A stretch of 64,000 bases of DNA from Trueperaceae bacterium (GTDB taxonomy: Bacteria; Deinococcota; Deinococci; Deinococcales; Trueperaceae), in the NCBI GenBank assembly GCA_035703635.1, contig DASSXV010000025.1, positions 31,970 to 95,969 of the forward strand, given 5' to 3'. Positions 29,498 to 39,351 of the stretch are shown here, in pieces. A program made the position numbers and the translations under genes. Within the stretch, counting starts at the first letter, position 1, and each line of letters begins with the position of its first letter. Under the pieces are notes generated by a model. That model ran no database searches. It saw only the letters and a program-made list of their open reading frames with translations, and was not told the DNA's origin.

Positions 29498-30910
29498 TCA
29501 GCTGTCGTAGTAGAGGTGGAACTCGTACGGGTGGGGTCGCAAGCGCAGCGGCTCGAGCTCGTGCTCGCGCTTGTAGCCGATCCACGTGGCGATGAAATCA
29601 TCGGAGAACACCCCGCCCTCGGTTAGGAAGGCGTGGTCGGCCTCGAGCGCTCCGAGGGCCTCGTCTAGAGATCCGGGCGTGGAGGGCACGCTGTGGAGTT
29701 CCGCCGCCGACATGGCGTAGATGTTGCGCTCGAGCGGGTCGCCTGGCGAGATCTCGTTCTTGATGCCGTCCAACATGGCGAGGGTCATGGCCGAGAAGAG
29801 CAGGTAGCCGTTCGCGCTCGGGTCGGGGCAGCGGAACTCGAGACGCTTGGCTTTCGGTGAGGCGGAGTACGTCGGAATGCGGATGGCGGCCGAGCGGTTG
29901 CGTTTGGAGAGGGCGAGGTTAACGGGCGCCTCGAAACCAGGCACGAGGCGGTGGTAGGAGTTGGCCGTTGGCGCGGCGAAGGCTAGTACGGCGGCCGCGT
30001 GTTTAAGGAGCCCGCCTGCGGCGTGGAGGGCGAGGTCAGAGAGGCCGGCGTAGCGCTCCCCAGCGAAGAGCGGCTGCCCGCCCTTCCAGAACGAGATGTG
30101 GGTATGCATGCCAGAACCGTTGTCTTGGAAGATCGGTTTGGGCATGAACGTTACGGTCTTACCGTAACGCCTGGCAACGTTCTTGATGATGTACTTGTAC
30201 CACATCATCTGGTCGGCCATCGTTAGCATATCGGCATACCGCATATCTATCTCGCTTTGACCCGCGGTGCCGACTTCGTGGTGGTGCGCCTCGACCGCGA
30301 TGCCCGCCTTCATCAGTTCGTTGACCATCTCGCCACGCAGGTCGTGATAGGTATCGGTCGGCGCTACCGGGAAGTAGCCGCCCTTGTAACTGGGTTTGTA
30401 GCCGAGGTTGGGCTCTTCGAAGCGGGCCGTGTTCCAAGCGCCCTCTACGGAGTCGATCTCGTAGTAGCCCTTGTACTGGTTCTGCTCGTACCTGACCTCG
30501 TCGAAGATGAAGAACTCCGGCTCCGGTCCAACGAATACGGTGTCTGCCACGCCGGACGCCTGCACGTACGCCATGGCCTTGCGCGCTATGTAACGTGGGT
30601 CACGGTCGTACTCCTCCAGGCTTTCAGGGTCGCGGATGGTGGCGAGGACGCTCACCGTTGGCTCCTTGAAGAACGGGTCGAGGAGCGCGGTTCCTGCTTC
30701 GGGTACGGCCAACATGTCGGAGCTGCTTATGTCTTGCCAGCCTCTGATGGAGGAGCCATCGAACCCGACGCCCTCCTCGAAGGTCTGCTCGTCCCACGCC
30801 TCGACGGGGTAGCTGCAGTGTTGCCAAGTGCCGAGCATGTCCGTGAACTTCAGGTCGATCATGCTGGCGCCGTGGCGGCGGGCGAACTCGAAGAACTCCT
30901 TGGGCGTCAT
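29498..30910 (-). CDS. glnA: Glutamine synthetase type I (beta-like, with insertion)
   Basis: FDGSS, insertion AWN...KGGYFP, HHHEV, DNGSGMH, PGFEAP and RLEFRCPD motifs. Confidence 0.93.
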   Translation of the reverse strand: MTPKEFFEFARRHGASMIDLKFTDMLGTWQHCSYPVEAWDEQTFEEGVGFDGSSIRGWQDISSSDMLAVPEAGTALLDPFFKEPTVSVLATIRDPESLEEYDRDPRYIARKAMAYVQASGVADTVFVGPEPEFFIFDEVRYEQNQYKGYYEIDSVEGAWNTARFEEPNLGYKPSYKGGYFPVAPTDTYHDLRGEMVNELMKAGIAVEAHHHEVGTAGQSEIDMRYADMLTMADQMMWYKYIIKNVARRYGKTVTFMPKPIFQDNGSGMHTHISFWKGGQPLFAGERYAGLSDLALHAAGGLLKHAAAVLAFAAPTANSYHRLVPGFEAPVNLALSKRNRSAAIRIPTYSASPKAKRLEFRCPDPSANGYLLFSAMTLAMLDGIKNEISPGDPLERNIYAMSAAELHSVPSTPGSLDEALGALEADHAFLTEGGVFSDDFIATWIGYKREHELEPLRLRPHPYEFHLYYDS

Positions 30911-30978
30911 GTTGTGGCCTCCGGTAGAAGCGCCACCCTAGTTGCGCAGCGCGCACTGATGGTGGCATTTCGAGACGA

Positions 30979-31008
30979 AGTGTAATGCTAGGAGTTGCTA
31001 TTTGTCTA
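30979..31008 (-). promoter_or_regulatory. Candidate glnA promoter
   Basis: TAGACA-N18-TACACT on the minus strand. Confidence 0.4.
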
Positions 31009-31224
31009 CGTCAGCCTGGACGGTAAGCAACATATCCGCGGACGCCGAGCCAAAGCCGCACCGCTACCTACCGGGGTAGCTGCTTCGTCCCGTAGGCCGC
31101 GTATACGCCAAGACCACGAACCACCGCGTCGTCGGCACGGTTGACGGGCGCACTGACCACGTCGTGCCGCGCCGACAGTCCTTAACCCATTCATCAGCAT
31201 TGGCAGACTGCGTTCGGACCGCCG

Positions 31225-31253
31225 TTGACAGCGCCAGTGCCGTTACATACGAT
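31225..31253 (+). promoter_or_regulatory. Sigma70-type promoter for the binding-protein gene
   Basis: TTGACA-N17-TACGAT, about 57 nt before the GTG start. Confidence 0.6.
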
Positions 31254-31310
31254 GCAAGCAACCGCCGCAAGTCCAACTTGTCTCTTCACAAGCCTCTGAA
31301 GGAGGAGAAC

Positions 31311-32570
31311 GTGCATAAAAGGTTGGTTTGGATCGTAGTTGCCGCGCTGGTAGGTTTCGCAGCGGCCCAGGCTCCGGCCGTAAGCAAGGTCGGTTCGTTG
31401 ATGTCGTTCACCGGCGCGCTTGCCGAGTTCGGGCCCGCCATCAACAACGGCGTCAACCTCGCCCTCGATCAGCTCAATGCGGCCGCCACGGCGGAACTCG
31501 GTGGCCCGATCGCCGAGCTCATCACCGAGGACTCCGCTACGAGCCCAGCTGTCGGCGTTGACCGCGCCCGCAAGCTCGTCAACACCGACAACGTCGTAGC
31601 CATGGTCGGCGCGCTCTCGTCAGGCGTCACCGTTGCCGTGGCAGAGTCCGTCGCCATCCCGAGCAACGTCGTCATGGTCTCCCCGGCCTCCACCTCGCCA
31701 CTCGTCGGCATGCTGCCAGATGCGAGCGACTTCATCTACCGCACGGTCGCTTCCGACGCCCTTCAAGGCGTGGTCGGCGCCCAGCTCGCACGCGGCGAGA
31801 TCGTCCCGGGCCACTCGTTCGATACGGCTTCCATCATCTACGTCAACAACCCATACGGCCAGGGCCTCACTGAAGCCTTCGAGGCCGCCTTCACCGCCCG
31901 CGGCGGCAAGGTCCTCGCCAAGGTCGCCCACCCAGAGGAACCACAGCCAACCTACGCCGCTCAACTCGAGCAGGCGCTCGCTGGCAACCCGGGCGTCCTC
32001 GTCGCCATCAGCTACCCCGGCCAGGCCACCGTCTACCTGCAGGAGTCGCGTGACCTCTACAACTACACCTCCTGGCAGTTCGTCGACGGCACCAAGTCAG
32101 TTGACATCATCGATGCGGTTGGCGCCGACGTCGTGGACGGCCTCTACGGGACTGCCCCTGGCGCCGACCCAGACTGGGCCGGCTACGTGACGTTCTCCGA
32201 CGACTACGACGCCGCGTACGGCCAGCGTCCACCGCTCCCGTACATCGACACCGCGTACGACGCCATGGCCGTCATCGGCCTGTCGATCGCCAAGTCGCTC
32301 ATCGACGGCGTGCCCGTCACCAGCGAGTCCGTCCGCGACCGCATGCGCGAAGTCGCTAACCCAGACGGCGAAGTGGTCGGCGTCGGCGAGTTCCAGAAGG
32401 CTATCCAGCTCATGAAGGCCGGCAAGGAAATCAACTACACGGGCGCGGCAGGCGAGGTCGACTTCGATAGCCTCGGCGACGTCGTCACCCCCGTCGAGAT
32501 CTGGCAGTTCAAGAACGGCACGATCGAGACGATCATGGTCCGCACTGCCTCGGAGATCCCCGCGCAGTAA
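31311..32570 (+). CDS. Branched-chain amino acid-type ABC substrate-binding protein
   Basis: RBS GGAGGAG plus GTG; signal peptide; VGALSSGVT, SPASTSP, RTVASDALQG and YTGAAG.VDFD motifs. Confidence 0.88.
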   Translation: MHKRLVWIVVAALVGFAAAQAPAVSKVGSLMSFTGALAEFGPAINNGVNLALDQLNAAATAELGGPIAELITEDSATSPAVGVDRARKLVNTDNVVAMVGALSSGVTVAVAESVAIPSNVVMVSPASTSPLVGMLPDASDFIYRTVASDALQGVVGAQLARGEIVPGHSFDTASIIYVNNPYGQGLTEAFEAAFTARGGKVLAKVAHPEEPQPTYAAQLEQALAGNPGVLVAISYPGQATVYLQESRDLYNYTSWQFVDGTKSVDIIDAVGADVVDGLYGTAPGADPDWAGYVTFSDDYDAAYGQRPPLPYIDTAYDAMAVIGLSIAKSLIDGVPVTSESVRDRMREVANPDGEVVGVGEFQKAIQLMKAGKEINYTGAAGEVDFDSLGDVVTPVEIWQFKNGTIETIMVRTASEIPAQ

Positions 32571-32617
32571 GGCAGGACTCAAGCGGCGGCCCTTGGAAAG
32601 GCCGTAACTCAACGTAA

Positions 32618-32662
32618 GAGTGGAGGGTGGGCTTCCGGGAAACCGGCGCCCACCCTCCACTC
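32618..32662. terminator. Long hairpin between convergent genes
   Basis: GAGTGGAGGGTGGGC...GCCCACCCTCCACTC 15-bp stem. Confidence 0.7.
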
Positions 32663-32685
32663 GTTGTTATCGGCGTCGGAGTTAC

Positions 32686-33891
32686 TTAGGCCATGTCGCG
32701 GTCGAGAGACACGACCTTGTCCTCCTCCAATATGCCCTTCGGCCGGTAGATGACGATCACGAGCATGAGTATCGAGATGAGCAGGAAGCGGATGTACGGC
32801 CCACGCGAAGGTAGGTCAGGCGAGATGGCCGACAGGGTAGGTCGGAGCAGGTCGACGATGAAGCTCGTGCCAGACCAGATGCCCCACACCACGAACGCGC
32901 CGAGGATGGCGCCACGGTTGTTACCGCTGCCGCCAAGCATGAGCATCACCCAGATGAGGAACGTGCCGTACAGCGGGTCGAAGTGACCGTAGTCGATCGA
33001 CACGATGTAGTGAGCGTAGAGGGCGCCGCCGATGCCCATGATGACCGAACCGACGACGAACGCCTGCATGCGGAAAGCGGCAACGTTCTTGCCGTTCATG
33101 GCAGCGGAGGCCTCCTCCTCACGCACGGCGCGCAAGACGCGGCCCCACGGCGAACGGATGGCGCGCTCCAGCACGCGGAAGACGAGGTAGAGGACCAGAG
33201 CGACGATGGCGACGTAGACGAACGGGTAGTCGCGCGGGAGGAGCGGTGAGAAGAAATCGTTGACGAAGCCTGGCAGCCACGAGCAGCCGTCGCCAGAAAG
33301 GCAGGAGAGCGGTTGAGGGATGCCGCGTAACGGCTGAGGGCCGTTAGCTAGCCAGCGTTCGTTCTGGAACACCAGCCGTACTAGTTCAGCGATGCCGATG
33401 GTGGCGATCGCGAGGTAGTCGTCGCGCAAACGCAGCGTTGGTTTGCCGATGAGCCAAGCGAGCAACCCGGCGGTCACGCCGGCCGCGATCACCCCGGTCC
33501 AGAACGGGGCGCCAAGACCGAAGACCTGCTGCGTGAACGCAGCGTTGAAGCCCGTTGGTTTGACAGTGGTAACGAGCGCGCTAGTGAACGCCCCGATCGC
33601 GAAGAACCCAGCGATGCCGATGTTGAACAGGCCCGTGTAACCCCATTGCACGTTGAGGCCGAGCGAGAGCACGGCGTAGATGCTCGCCATGAGGGCGAAC
33701 GACGTCAGGTACGCGAGGATGCCGGTCGGCACCAGCAGCACGAGCAGTAGCCCAGCAGCGAAACCGCCGACGATGGAGATGGCGTGCTTGAGGACGGACG
33801 GCTTGATCTTCAGGAGGCTCGAGAAGAAGAGCCAGACGGGCACCGTGAGCAGCGTGGCTTTGGCGAACACTAAGGGCGTCAAGGCACTCAC
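32686..33891 (-). CDS. Branched-chain amino acid ABC permease (LivM-like)
   Basis: GLNVQWGYTG, LRLRDDYLAIATI and SPWGRVLRAVRE motifs. GTG start overlaps the upstream stop. Confidence 0.88.
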   Translation of the reverse strand: MSALTPLVFAKATLLTVPVWLFFSSLLKIKPSVLKHAISIVGGFAAGLLLVLLVPTGILAYLTSFALMASIYAVLSLGLNVQWGYTGLFNIGIAGFFAIGAFTSALVTTVKPTGFNAAFTQQVFGLGAPFWTGVIAAGVTAGLLAWLIGKPTLRLRDDYLAIATIGIAELVRLVFQNERWLANGPQPLRGIPQPLSCLSGDGCSWLPGFVNDFFSPLLPRDYPFVYVAIVALVLYLVFRVLERAIRSPWGRVLRAVREEEASAAMNGKNVAAFRMQAFVVGSVIMGIGGALYAHYIVSIDYGHFDPLYGTFLIWVMLMLGGSGNNRGAILGAFVVWGIWSGTSFIVDLLRPTLSAISPDLPSRGPYIRFLLISILMLVIVIYRPKGILEEDKVVSLDRDMA

Positions 33892-34934
33892 CCGCGCTTC
33901 CCGAACAGGCCCTCTGGCCGTACGAGCAGCACGAGGATCATGACTAGGAATGCGATTCCGTGCCCGTACGCCGGGTTGAGGAAGGCCGTGCTCACCTGCC
34001 ACACGATGCCGATGATGAACGCTCCGGCCATCGCGCCGTAAGCGTTGCCGATGGTTCCAAGGATGACGGAGGCGAAGAGTGGCAGGAGCAGCCACCAGCC
34101 CATCTCAGGCCGCAGTTGCACGTCCAGCCCGTAGAGCATGCCGCCGGCGGCCGCTAGCCCGCCGCCGATCAGCCACGTCCAGAACACGACGCGGTTCGTG
34201 TCGATGCCGGTCACGCGTGCGAGGTCAGGGTTGTCAGCCATGGCACGCATGGCCTTCCCGACCTTGGTGCGCTCGAGCAGGAGGTAAACGAGGACGATGA
34301 GCAAGACGGCGAGGCCGAGGATGAACAACTGGTCTGGTCGCACCCGTACGCCGCTGAAGAGCTCGAACGCAGGCCGCGGCCTGCCCGTGTAGTAGAAGGA
34401 GAAGTCCGCGCCCCAGAAGAGGTAGACGAGGCTGCGGATGCCGAACGCCAAGCCAAGCGCGGCCATCGCGAACATGATCGGTTGGCTTCGCCTGCGCCTG
34501 AGCGGCCTGAAAGCCACCTTGTCGAGCCCGAAAGCCGTCAACCCAACGAGCGGCACGACGATTACGAGCGCTACGAGGAACTCGTAGCCGAACGAGAACG
34601 GCTTGAGCACCGGGCCCTTCGGCAAGACGGTAACGACGACGAGGCCAAGGTAAGCGCCGAGCGTCATCATGTCGCCATGCGCGAAGTTGGACATCTTGAG
34701 GACCCCGTAGATGAGGGTGACTCCAACGGCCCCGAGCGCGAGGGTCCCACCTAGCAGCGTGCCGCGCACGAACAGCGAGAGTAGTTGAGTGTTGCTGACG
34801 CCCTTGACTTGGGCTGCCACGAACAGCACGACCCCGAGCAGCGCGAGCATGCTCCACATGGTCGCCGGGTGCCCCAGCACCTTGCGCACGCGCTCGCCTG
34901 GTCGCAAGGTAAGTGCGGGAGTGACTTCGGTCAT
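33888..34934 (-). CDS. Branched-chain amino acid ABC permease (LivH-like)
   Basis: NFAHGD, GKAMRAMADN and RPEGLFG motifs. Confidence 0.88.
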   Translation of the reverse strand: MTEVTPALTLRPGERVRKVLGHPATMWSMLALLGVVLFVAAQVKGVSNTQLLSLFVRGTLLGGTLALGAVGVTLIYGVLKMSNFAHGDMMTLGAYLGLVVVTVLPKGPVLKPFSFGYEFLVALVIVVPLVGLTAFGLDKVAFRPLRRRRSQPIMFAMAALGLAFGIRSLVYLFWGADFSFYYTGRPRPAFELFSGVRVRPDQLFILGLAVLLIVLVYLLLERTKVGKAMRAMADNPDLARVTGIDTNRVVFWTWLIGGGLAAAGGMLYGLDVQLRPEMGWWLLLPLFASVILGTIGNAYGAMAGAFIIGIVWQVSTAFLNPAYGHGIAFLVMILVLLVRPEGLFGKRG

Positions 34935-34938
34935 CGGC

Positions 34939-35643
34939 TCAGCCTCCCAGGTAGAGGCGCGCGACCTCTGGATCTGACAAGAGTTCTCCGCCTGGACCGT
35001 CGACCTGGTTCTGGCCCGTCGCAAGGACGTAGCCGCGATCGGCCAACGCCAGCGACTTCTTGGCGTTCTGCTCGACCATGAGGATCGCGACCCCGGCCTT
35101 GTTCACTTCGGCCACCTTCTCGAAGATCATGTCGACGAGGAGCGGCGCTAGGCCTGCCGACGGCTCGTCCAGCATGAGGATCTTAGGGTCGAGCATGAGC
35201 GCACGGCCCATGGCGACCATCTGCCGCTCGCCACCCGACATCTTGCCTGCACGCTGCCTGCGACGTTCAGCTAGGCGCGGGAAGAGTTCGTAGACGCGCT
35301 CTTTGCGCGGTTTGAGCGGCTCATCGAGGATGTAGGCGCCCATCTCGAGGTTCTCCTCCACGGTCATGGTGGGGAAGACGTTGTCGACTTGCGGCACGTA
35401 ACTTAGGCCCTTCCTCACGATCTTCTCCGGCGGCAGACCGGAGATGTCCGCGCCATCGAACGTGACTTTGCCCTCCCACGGCTTCAACAGCCCGAAGACG
35501 AGCTTCATGACCGTCGATTTGCCAGCGCCGTTGGGACCGACGATCGAGACGATCTCGTCCGCCTCCAACGTCAGGTTCACGCCGCGCAAGACTTGCATCT
35601 CGCCGTAGCCGGTGACGGCGCCCTCAACCGTCAACAGTGGCAT
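34939..35643 (-). CDS. ABC ATPase (LivF-like)
   Basis: GPNGAGKS, MSGGERQM and LDEPSAGL motifs. Confidence 0.9.
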   Translation of the reverse strand: MPLLTVEGAVTGYGEMQVLRGVNLTLEADEIVSIVGPNGAGKSTVMKLVFGLLKPWEGKVTFDGADISGLPPEKIVRKGLSYVPQVDNVFPTMTVEENLEMGAYILDEPLKPRKERVYELFPRLAERRRQRAGKMSGGERQMVAMGRALMLDPKILMLDEPSAGLAPLLVDMIFEKVAEVNKAGVAILMVEQNAKKSLALADRGYVLATGQNQVDGPGGELLSDPEVARLYLGG

Positions 35644-36484
35644 ATTGCCCTCCGAGGTAAGCCTCGAGCACGCGCGGGTCCGTCTTGACCATGGAAGGCG
35701 GACCTTCGACGAGCTTGCTGCCCTGGTTCATGACGATGACGGGGTCGCATAGTGTCATGACGAGGGGCATGTCGTGCTCGATGAGTAGGAACGTGATGCC
35801 GCGCTCGCGGTTAAGGAGTTCGATCTTCTCGCGGATCTTGCCCATCAGGGTGGGGTTTACGCCCGCGCCTGGCTCGTCGAGCAGCACGATCTTGGGGTCC
35901 GCCATGAGCGTGCGGGCGAGTTCCAGCAGCTTCTTCTGCCCACCAGACATGGCGCCCGCCGGTTGGTCCGCCATGTGACTAAGCTCGACGAAATCGAGCA
36001 CCTCGCGGGCCTTGAGGCGCAGCTTCCGCTCCTGGTTCCTCACGGCGCCAGGCCGCACGATCGGGTTCCAGAACGTCTCACCGATCTGACCCTTCGGCAC
36101 GAGCATCAGGTTCTCAGTCACGGTCATGCTACGGTGCTCGCGCGGGATCTGGAACGTGCGGCACAAGCCCCTGCGGAAGATCAAGTAGGACGGCAGGCCC
36201 GTGACGTCCTCGCCATCCAAGAAAACGCGGCCCGCGTCTGGTTGGTAGAAACCCGAAACTAGGCTGAACAAGGTGGTCTTGCCAGCACCGTTAGGGCCGA
36301 TGAGACCAGTGATGCTCCCTGCTTGCACGTCGAACGAGCAGTGGTTGACGGCGCGCAACCCACCGAAGTCCTTCACTAACCCCTGAATGCTGAGAAGCGG
36401 AGTGGCCTGCGTACCCGCAGCGACGGCCAGGCCCGGCCCTACATGCGGGGGCGTGACCGAACTCGTCGTATGACTATCCGACAC
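35624..36484 (-). CDS. ABC ATPase (LivG-like)
   Basis: FGGLRAV, GPNGAGKT, LDEPGAG, IEHDM and EAYLG motifs. Confidence 0.9.
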   Translation of the reverse strand: MSDSHTTSSVTPPHVGPGLAVAAGTQATPLLSIQGLVKDFGGLRAVNHCSFDVQAGSITGLIGPNGAGKTTLFSLVSGFYQPDAGRVFLDGEDVTGLPSYLIFRRGLCRTFQIPREHRSMTVTENLMLVPKGQIGETFWNPIVRPGAVRNQERKLRLKAREVLDFVELSHMADQPAGAMSGGQKKLLELARTLMADPKIVLLDEPGAGVNPTLMGKIREKIELLNRERGITFLLIEHDMPLVMTLCDPVIVMNQGSKLVEGPPSMVKTDPRVLEAYLGGQYATVDG

Positions 36485-36580
36485 GTCCTCTACCTCGCTA
36501 TTGCGCTGGTTGCGCGATTATGCGCGTGCATCGTAACACCTGCGCGGAGCGCCCGCCAGAAGCGCGTCGGTGGCGCTCGG

Positions 36581-37945
36581 TTACTCCACCGCGGCGAGCA
36601 TGGCGCTAACGGCGGGGACCTTGACGCGTGGTCTACCGCGCGCCTCGCCAGCTGCCGTCTCCAACTCGTCGAGCAGTTTCCAGTCTTGAGCCGTGAACGG
36701 TTTGAGGCCGCGCTCGACCAGCAGGGCATCGAGTGCCGCCAGGCTTGGCTCTGGAGGTGTTGGGAGTTCGTCCTCGACCAACTTAGCAACGGTCTCCATG
36801 GCGCAGGCCTTGTTCGTTCCTATGACGCCGCTAGGCCCGCGCTTCACCCAACCAGCCACGTAGAGGCCGGGCACTGGCGCGCCGCCCTTGGCGTCTAGCA
36901 CGCGCCCCGACTCGTTCGGGACGATGGCGCTGCGCTCGTCGAACGGCACGCCAGGCAACGGCCGCGCCTGATAGCCGACGGAGCGGAAGACGAGCTCGGC
37001 GTTCAACTCCTCCGTAGCGCCGGTAGGCACCGCGGCGAGGCTGCCGTCTGGCCGGGCCTCGAGGCGGTTCTTGCCAAGGACCACGCTCGTCACATGACCG
37101 TTGCCCTTCAGCTCGAGCGGCGAGAGGAAGAAGCGGATGTGCACGCGGCGCGGTTTACCGCTCGGCGTCTGCTGCGAGAACGCCCTTAGTACCTCGAGGT
37201 TCTTCTGGGCGTTCACGTCGCCTTCGATGCCAGCAAGGCTCTCCGGCCCAACCTCGAGCTCCTCGGGGCGAACGTAGATGTCGGCGTTCGCTAGCTCGCC
37301 TAACTCGCGCAGTTCCTTGGTCGTGAACTTGGACTCCGCTGGACCGCGGCGCCCGATGATGACGATGTCCTCGATGGTCGATGACTGCAGGTGCTCCAGT
37401 GCGTGATCCGCGATGTCGGTGGTGGCTAGCTCGGCGACGGTCTTGGCGAGCACGCGCGTGACGTCGATGGCAACGTTACCAACACCGACCACCACGGCGG
37501 TCTTGGCGCCAAGCGGCACGTGCAGGTCCTGGTAATCGGGGTGGGAGTTGTACCAGGCGACGAACTCGGTGGCCGACATGCTGCCCTTGAGGTCCTCGCC
37601 AGGAACGCCCAAGCGGCGGTCGTGCGACGAGCCGACCGTGAGGATGACGGCGTGATAATGCCGCCGCAGGTCCTCGAGCGTGAGGTCGGTGCCGAACTCG
37701 ACGTTGCCAAGGAACCTCACGTGCGGGTCCGCCAGGGTGCGGTCGTAGAGGCGCGTGACTGACTTCATCTTCTGGTGGTCGGGGGCTACGCCGTAGCGCA
37801 CCAGACCGTACGGCGTGGGCAGGCGCTCGATGATGTCCACTGACACGCCGTCACCCAGAGTCTTGACCAAGGCCTCTGCTGCGTAGAAGCCCGCTGGCCC
37901 CGCGCCGATCACGGCGATGCGTTTCACGGAAGAGCTACTGTCCAT
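36581..37945 (-). CDS. Ferredoxin/adrenodoxin-NADP+ reductase (FprA-like)
   Basis: GAGPAG, GLVRYGVAPDH, G.GNVAID and GWVKRGPSGVIG motifs. Confidence 0.88.
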   Translation of the reverse strand: MDSSSSVKRIAVIGAGPAGFYAAEALVKTLGDGVSVDIIERLPTPYGLVRYGVAPDHQKMKSVTRLYDRTLADPHVRFLGNVEFGTDLTLEDLRRHYHAVILTVGSSHDRRLGVPGEDLKGSMSATEFVAWYNSHPDYQDLHVPLGAKTAVVVGVGNVAIDVTRVLAKTVAELATTDIADHALEHLQSSTIEDIVIIGRRGPAESKFTTKELRELGELANADIYVRPEELEVGPESLAGIEGDVNAQKNLEVLRAFSQQTPSGKPRRVHIRFFLSPLELKGNGHVTSVVLGKNRLEARPDGSLAAVPTGATEELNAELVFRSVGYQARPLPGVPFDERSAIVPNESGRVLDAKGGAPVPGLYVAGWVKRGPSGVIGTNKACAMETVAKLVEDELPTPPEPSLAALDALLVERGLKPFTAQDWKLLDELETAAGEARGRPRVKVPAVSAMLAAVE

Positions 37946-38014
37946 GACTAAGATTATGGCAGGTAACGGCGCCCTGGCACCCATCCCGGGCTGCGCGGTA
38001 AGCTTCTCCGCCAT

Positions 38015-39343
38015 ATGGACGTTACCCCCGGCCCACTCGAAGCCATCCGTGAACCGTCAAGCGCTCGTAGGCCGCCGCCGTGGCCGACGCGCGTGCAGAA
38101 GTACGGCGGTACCAGCGTTGGGGACGTCGATCGCATAGGCAAGGTCGCCGCCCGCATCGAGCGGTCAGTGCTGGCAGGAGAGAAAGTAGTCGTGACGGTG
38201 TCGGCCATGGGGCGCACGACCGACCGGCTCCTGAGCATGGCGCGCGAGGTGACGGCGCGCCCGATGAGACGCGAGCTCGACATGCTGCTAGCGACCGGTG
38301 AGCAGCAGAGCATAGCGCTCGTTGCGCTCGCGCTGCAGGAGCGCGGGGTCGCGGCGCGCTCCGCCACCGGCATGCAGGCCGGTTTCCTGACTGACTCGCA
38401 TCACGGCACGGCCAGCATCCTAGAGGTCGATCCGCGACCGATTCTCGCGGCGCTAGAGCAGGTCGACGTTGTGGTGGTAGCTGGGTTCCAGGGAGCTGAC
38501 GCTACCGGCGCCATCACGACGCTTGGGCGCGGTGGTTCCGACACCACTGCCGTTGCACTGGCTGCGGCGCTCGGCGTGCCAGAGTGCGAGATATTCACCG
38601 ACACTGACGGCGTCTACACCACCGACCCGCACCGCGTGACGAGTGCGAGCAAGCTGGCGGTAGTCGATTACGACGAGATGATCGAACTAGCGAGCCTCGG
38701 CGCTAAGGTCCTGCACCCGCGGAGCGTGTGGTACGCCCGGCGCTATGGGGTGCGCATCCACGTGCGCTCGTCGTTCGGTAACGCGCCAGGCACGATAATC
38801 ACCCGACTGCAGCGCCCACAGGAGGGCAACATGAGCATGATCACCGACAAGCCCGTGACCGGGGTTGCCCTAGACATGAACCACGCACGCATCGACCTCC
38901 ACGAGGTGCCAGACAGGCCGGGCGTGGCTGGCCAGATATTCGCCGCGCTCGGGGGTGCGGACGTGAGCGTCGACATGATCATCCAGGGCGTGCGCGGCGC
39001 GGCGGACAGTCGCCAGCAGATGGCGTTCATAGTAGGTAAGGACATGGTTGCCGAGGCGCTCGAGGTGCTCGAGCCCGTCCTGCGTGAGATGGGCGCGCGC
39101 GCGGAGGTGGACGACGACGTTGCCAAGCTCTCCATCGTCGGCATCGCCATCGGTTCGACGCCCGGGGTGGCTGGACGCATGTTCGACGCTGTGGCGGCCG
39201 CCAACGCCAACATCGACATGATCACGACGAGCGAGGTGCGCATCAGCGTCCTCATCCCAGCAGAGAAGGCCCAGGCGGCGCTTGAAGCCGTGCACACCGC
39301 GTTCGGGTTGGACGCGGACGCCAGCGCGGTAAGCAGCGACTAG
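38015..39343 (+). CDS. lysC: Aspartate kinase alpha subunit
   Basis: VQKYGGTSV, LGRGGSDTTA and DGVYTTDP motifs; two ACT domains. Confidence 0.93.
   Translation: MDVTPGPLEAIREPSSARRPPPWPTRVQKYGGTSVGDVDRIGKVAARIERSVLAGEKVVVTVSAMGRTTDRLLSMAREVTARPMRRELDMLLATGEQQSIALVALALQERGVAARSATGMQAGFLTDSHHGTASILEVDPRPILAALEQVDVVVVAGFQGADATGAITTLGRGGSDTTAVALAAALGVPECEIFTDTDGVYTTDPHRVTSASKLAVVDYDEMIELASLGAKVLHPRSVWYARRYGVRIHVRSSFGNAPGTIITRLQRPQEGNMSMITDKPVTGVALDMNHARIDLHEVPDRPGVAGQIFAALGGADVSVDMIIQGVRGAADSRQQMAFIVGKDMVAEALEVLEPVLREMGARAEVDDDVAKLSIVGIAIGSTPGVAGRMFDAVAAANANIDMITTSEVRISVLIPAEKAQAALEAVHTAFGLDADASAVSSD
38831..39343 (+). CDS. Aspartate kinase beta subunit (internal in-frame start)
   Basis: AGGAGG at 38820-38825, 5 nt before an in-frame ATG placed just before the ACT domains. 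Confidence 0.7.
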   Translation: MSMITDKPVTGVALDMNHARIDLHEVPDRPGVAGQIFAALGGADVSVDMIIQGVRGAADSRQQMAFIVGKDMVAEALEVLEPVLREMGARAEVDDDVAKLSIVGIAIGSTPGVAGRMFDAVAAANANIDMITTSEVRISVLIPAEKAQAALEAVHTAFGLDADASAVSSD

Positions 39344-39351
39344 GCGCTGGC

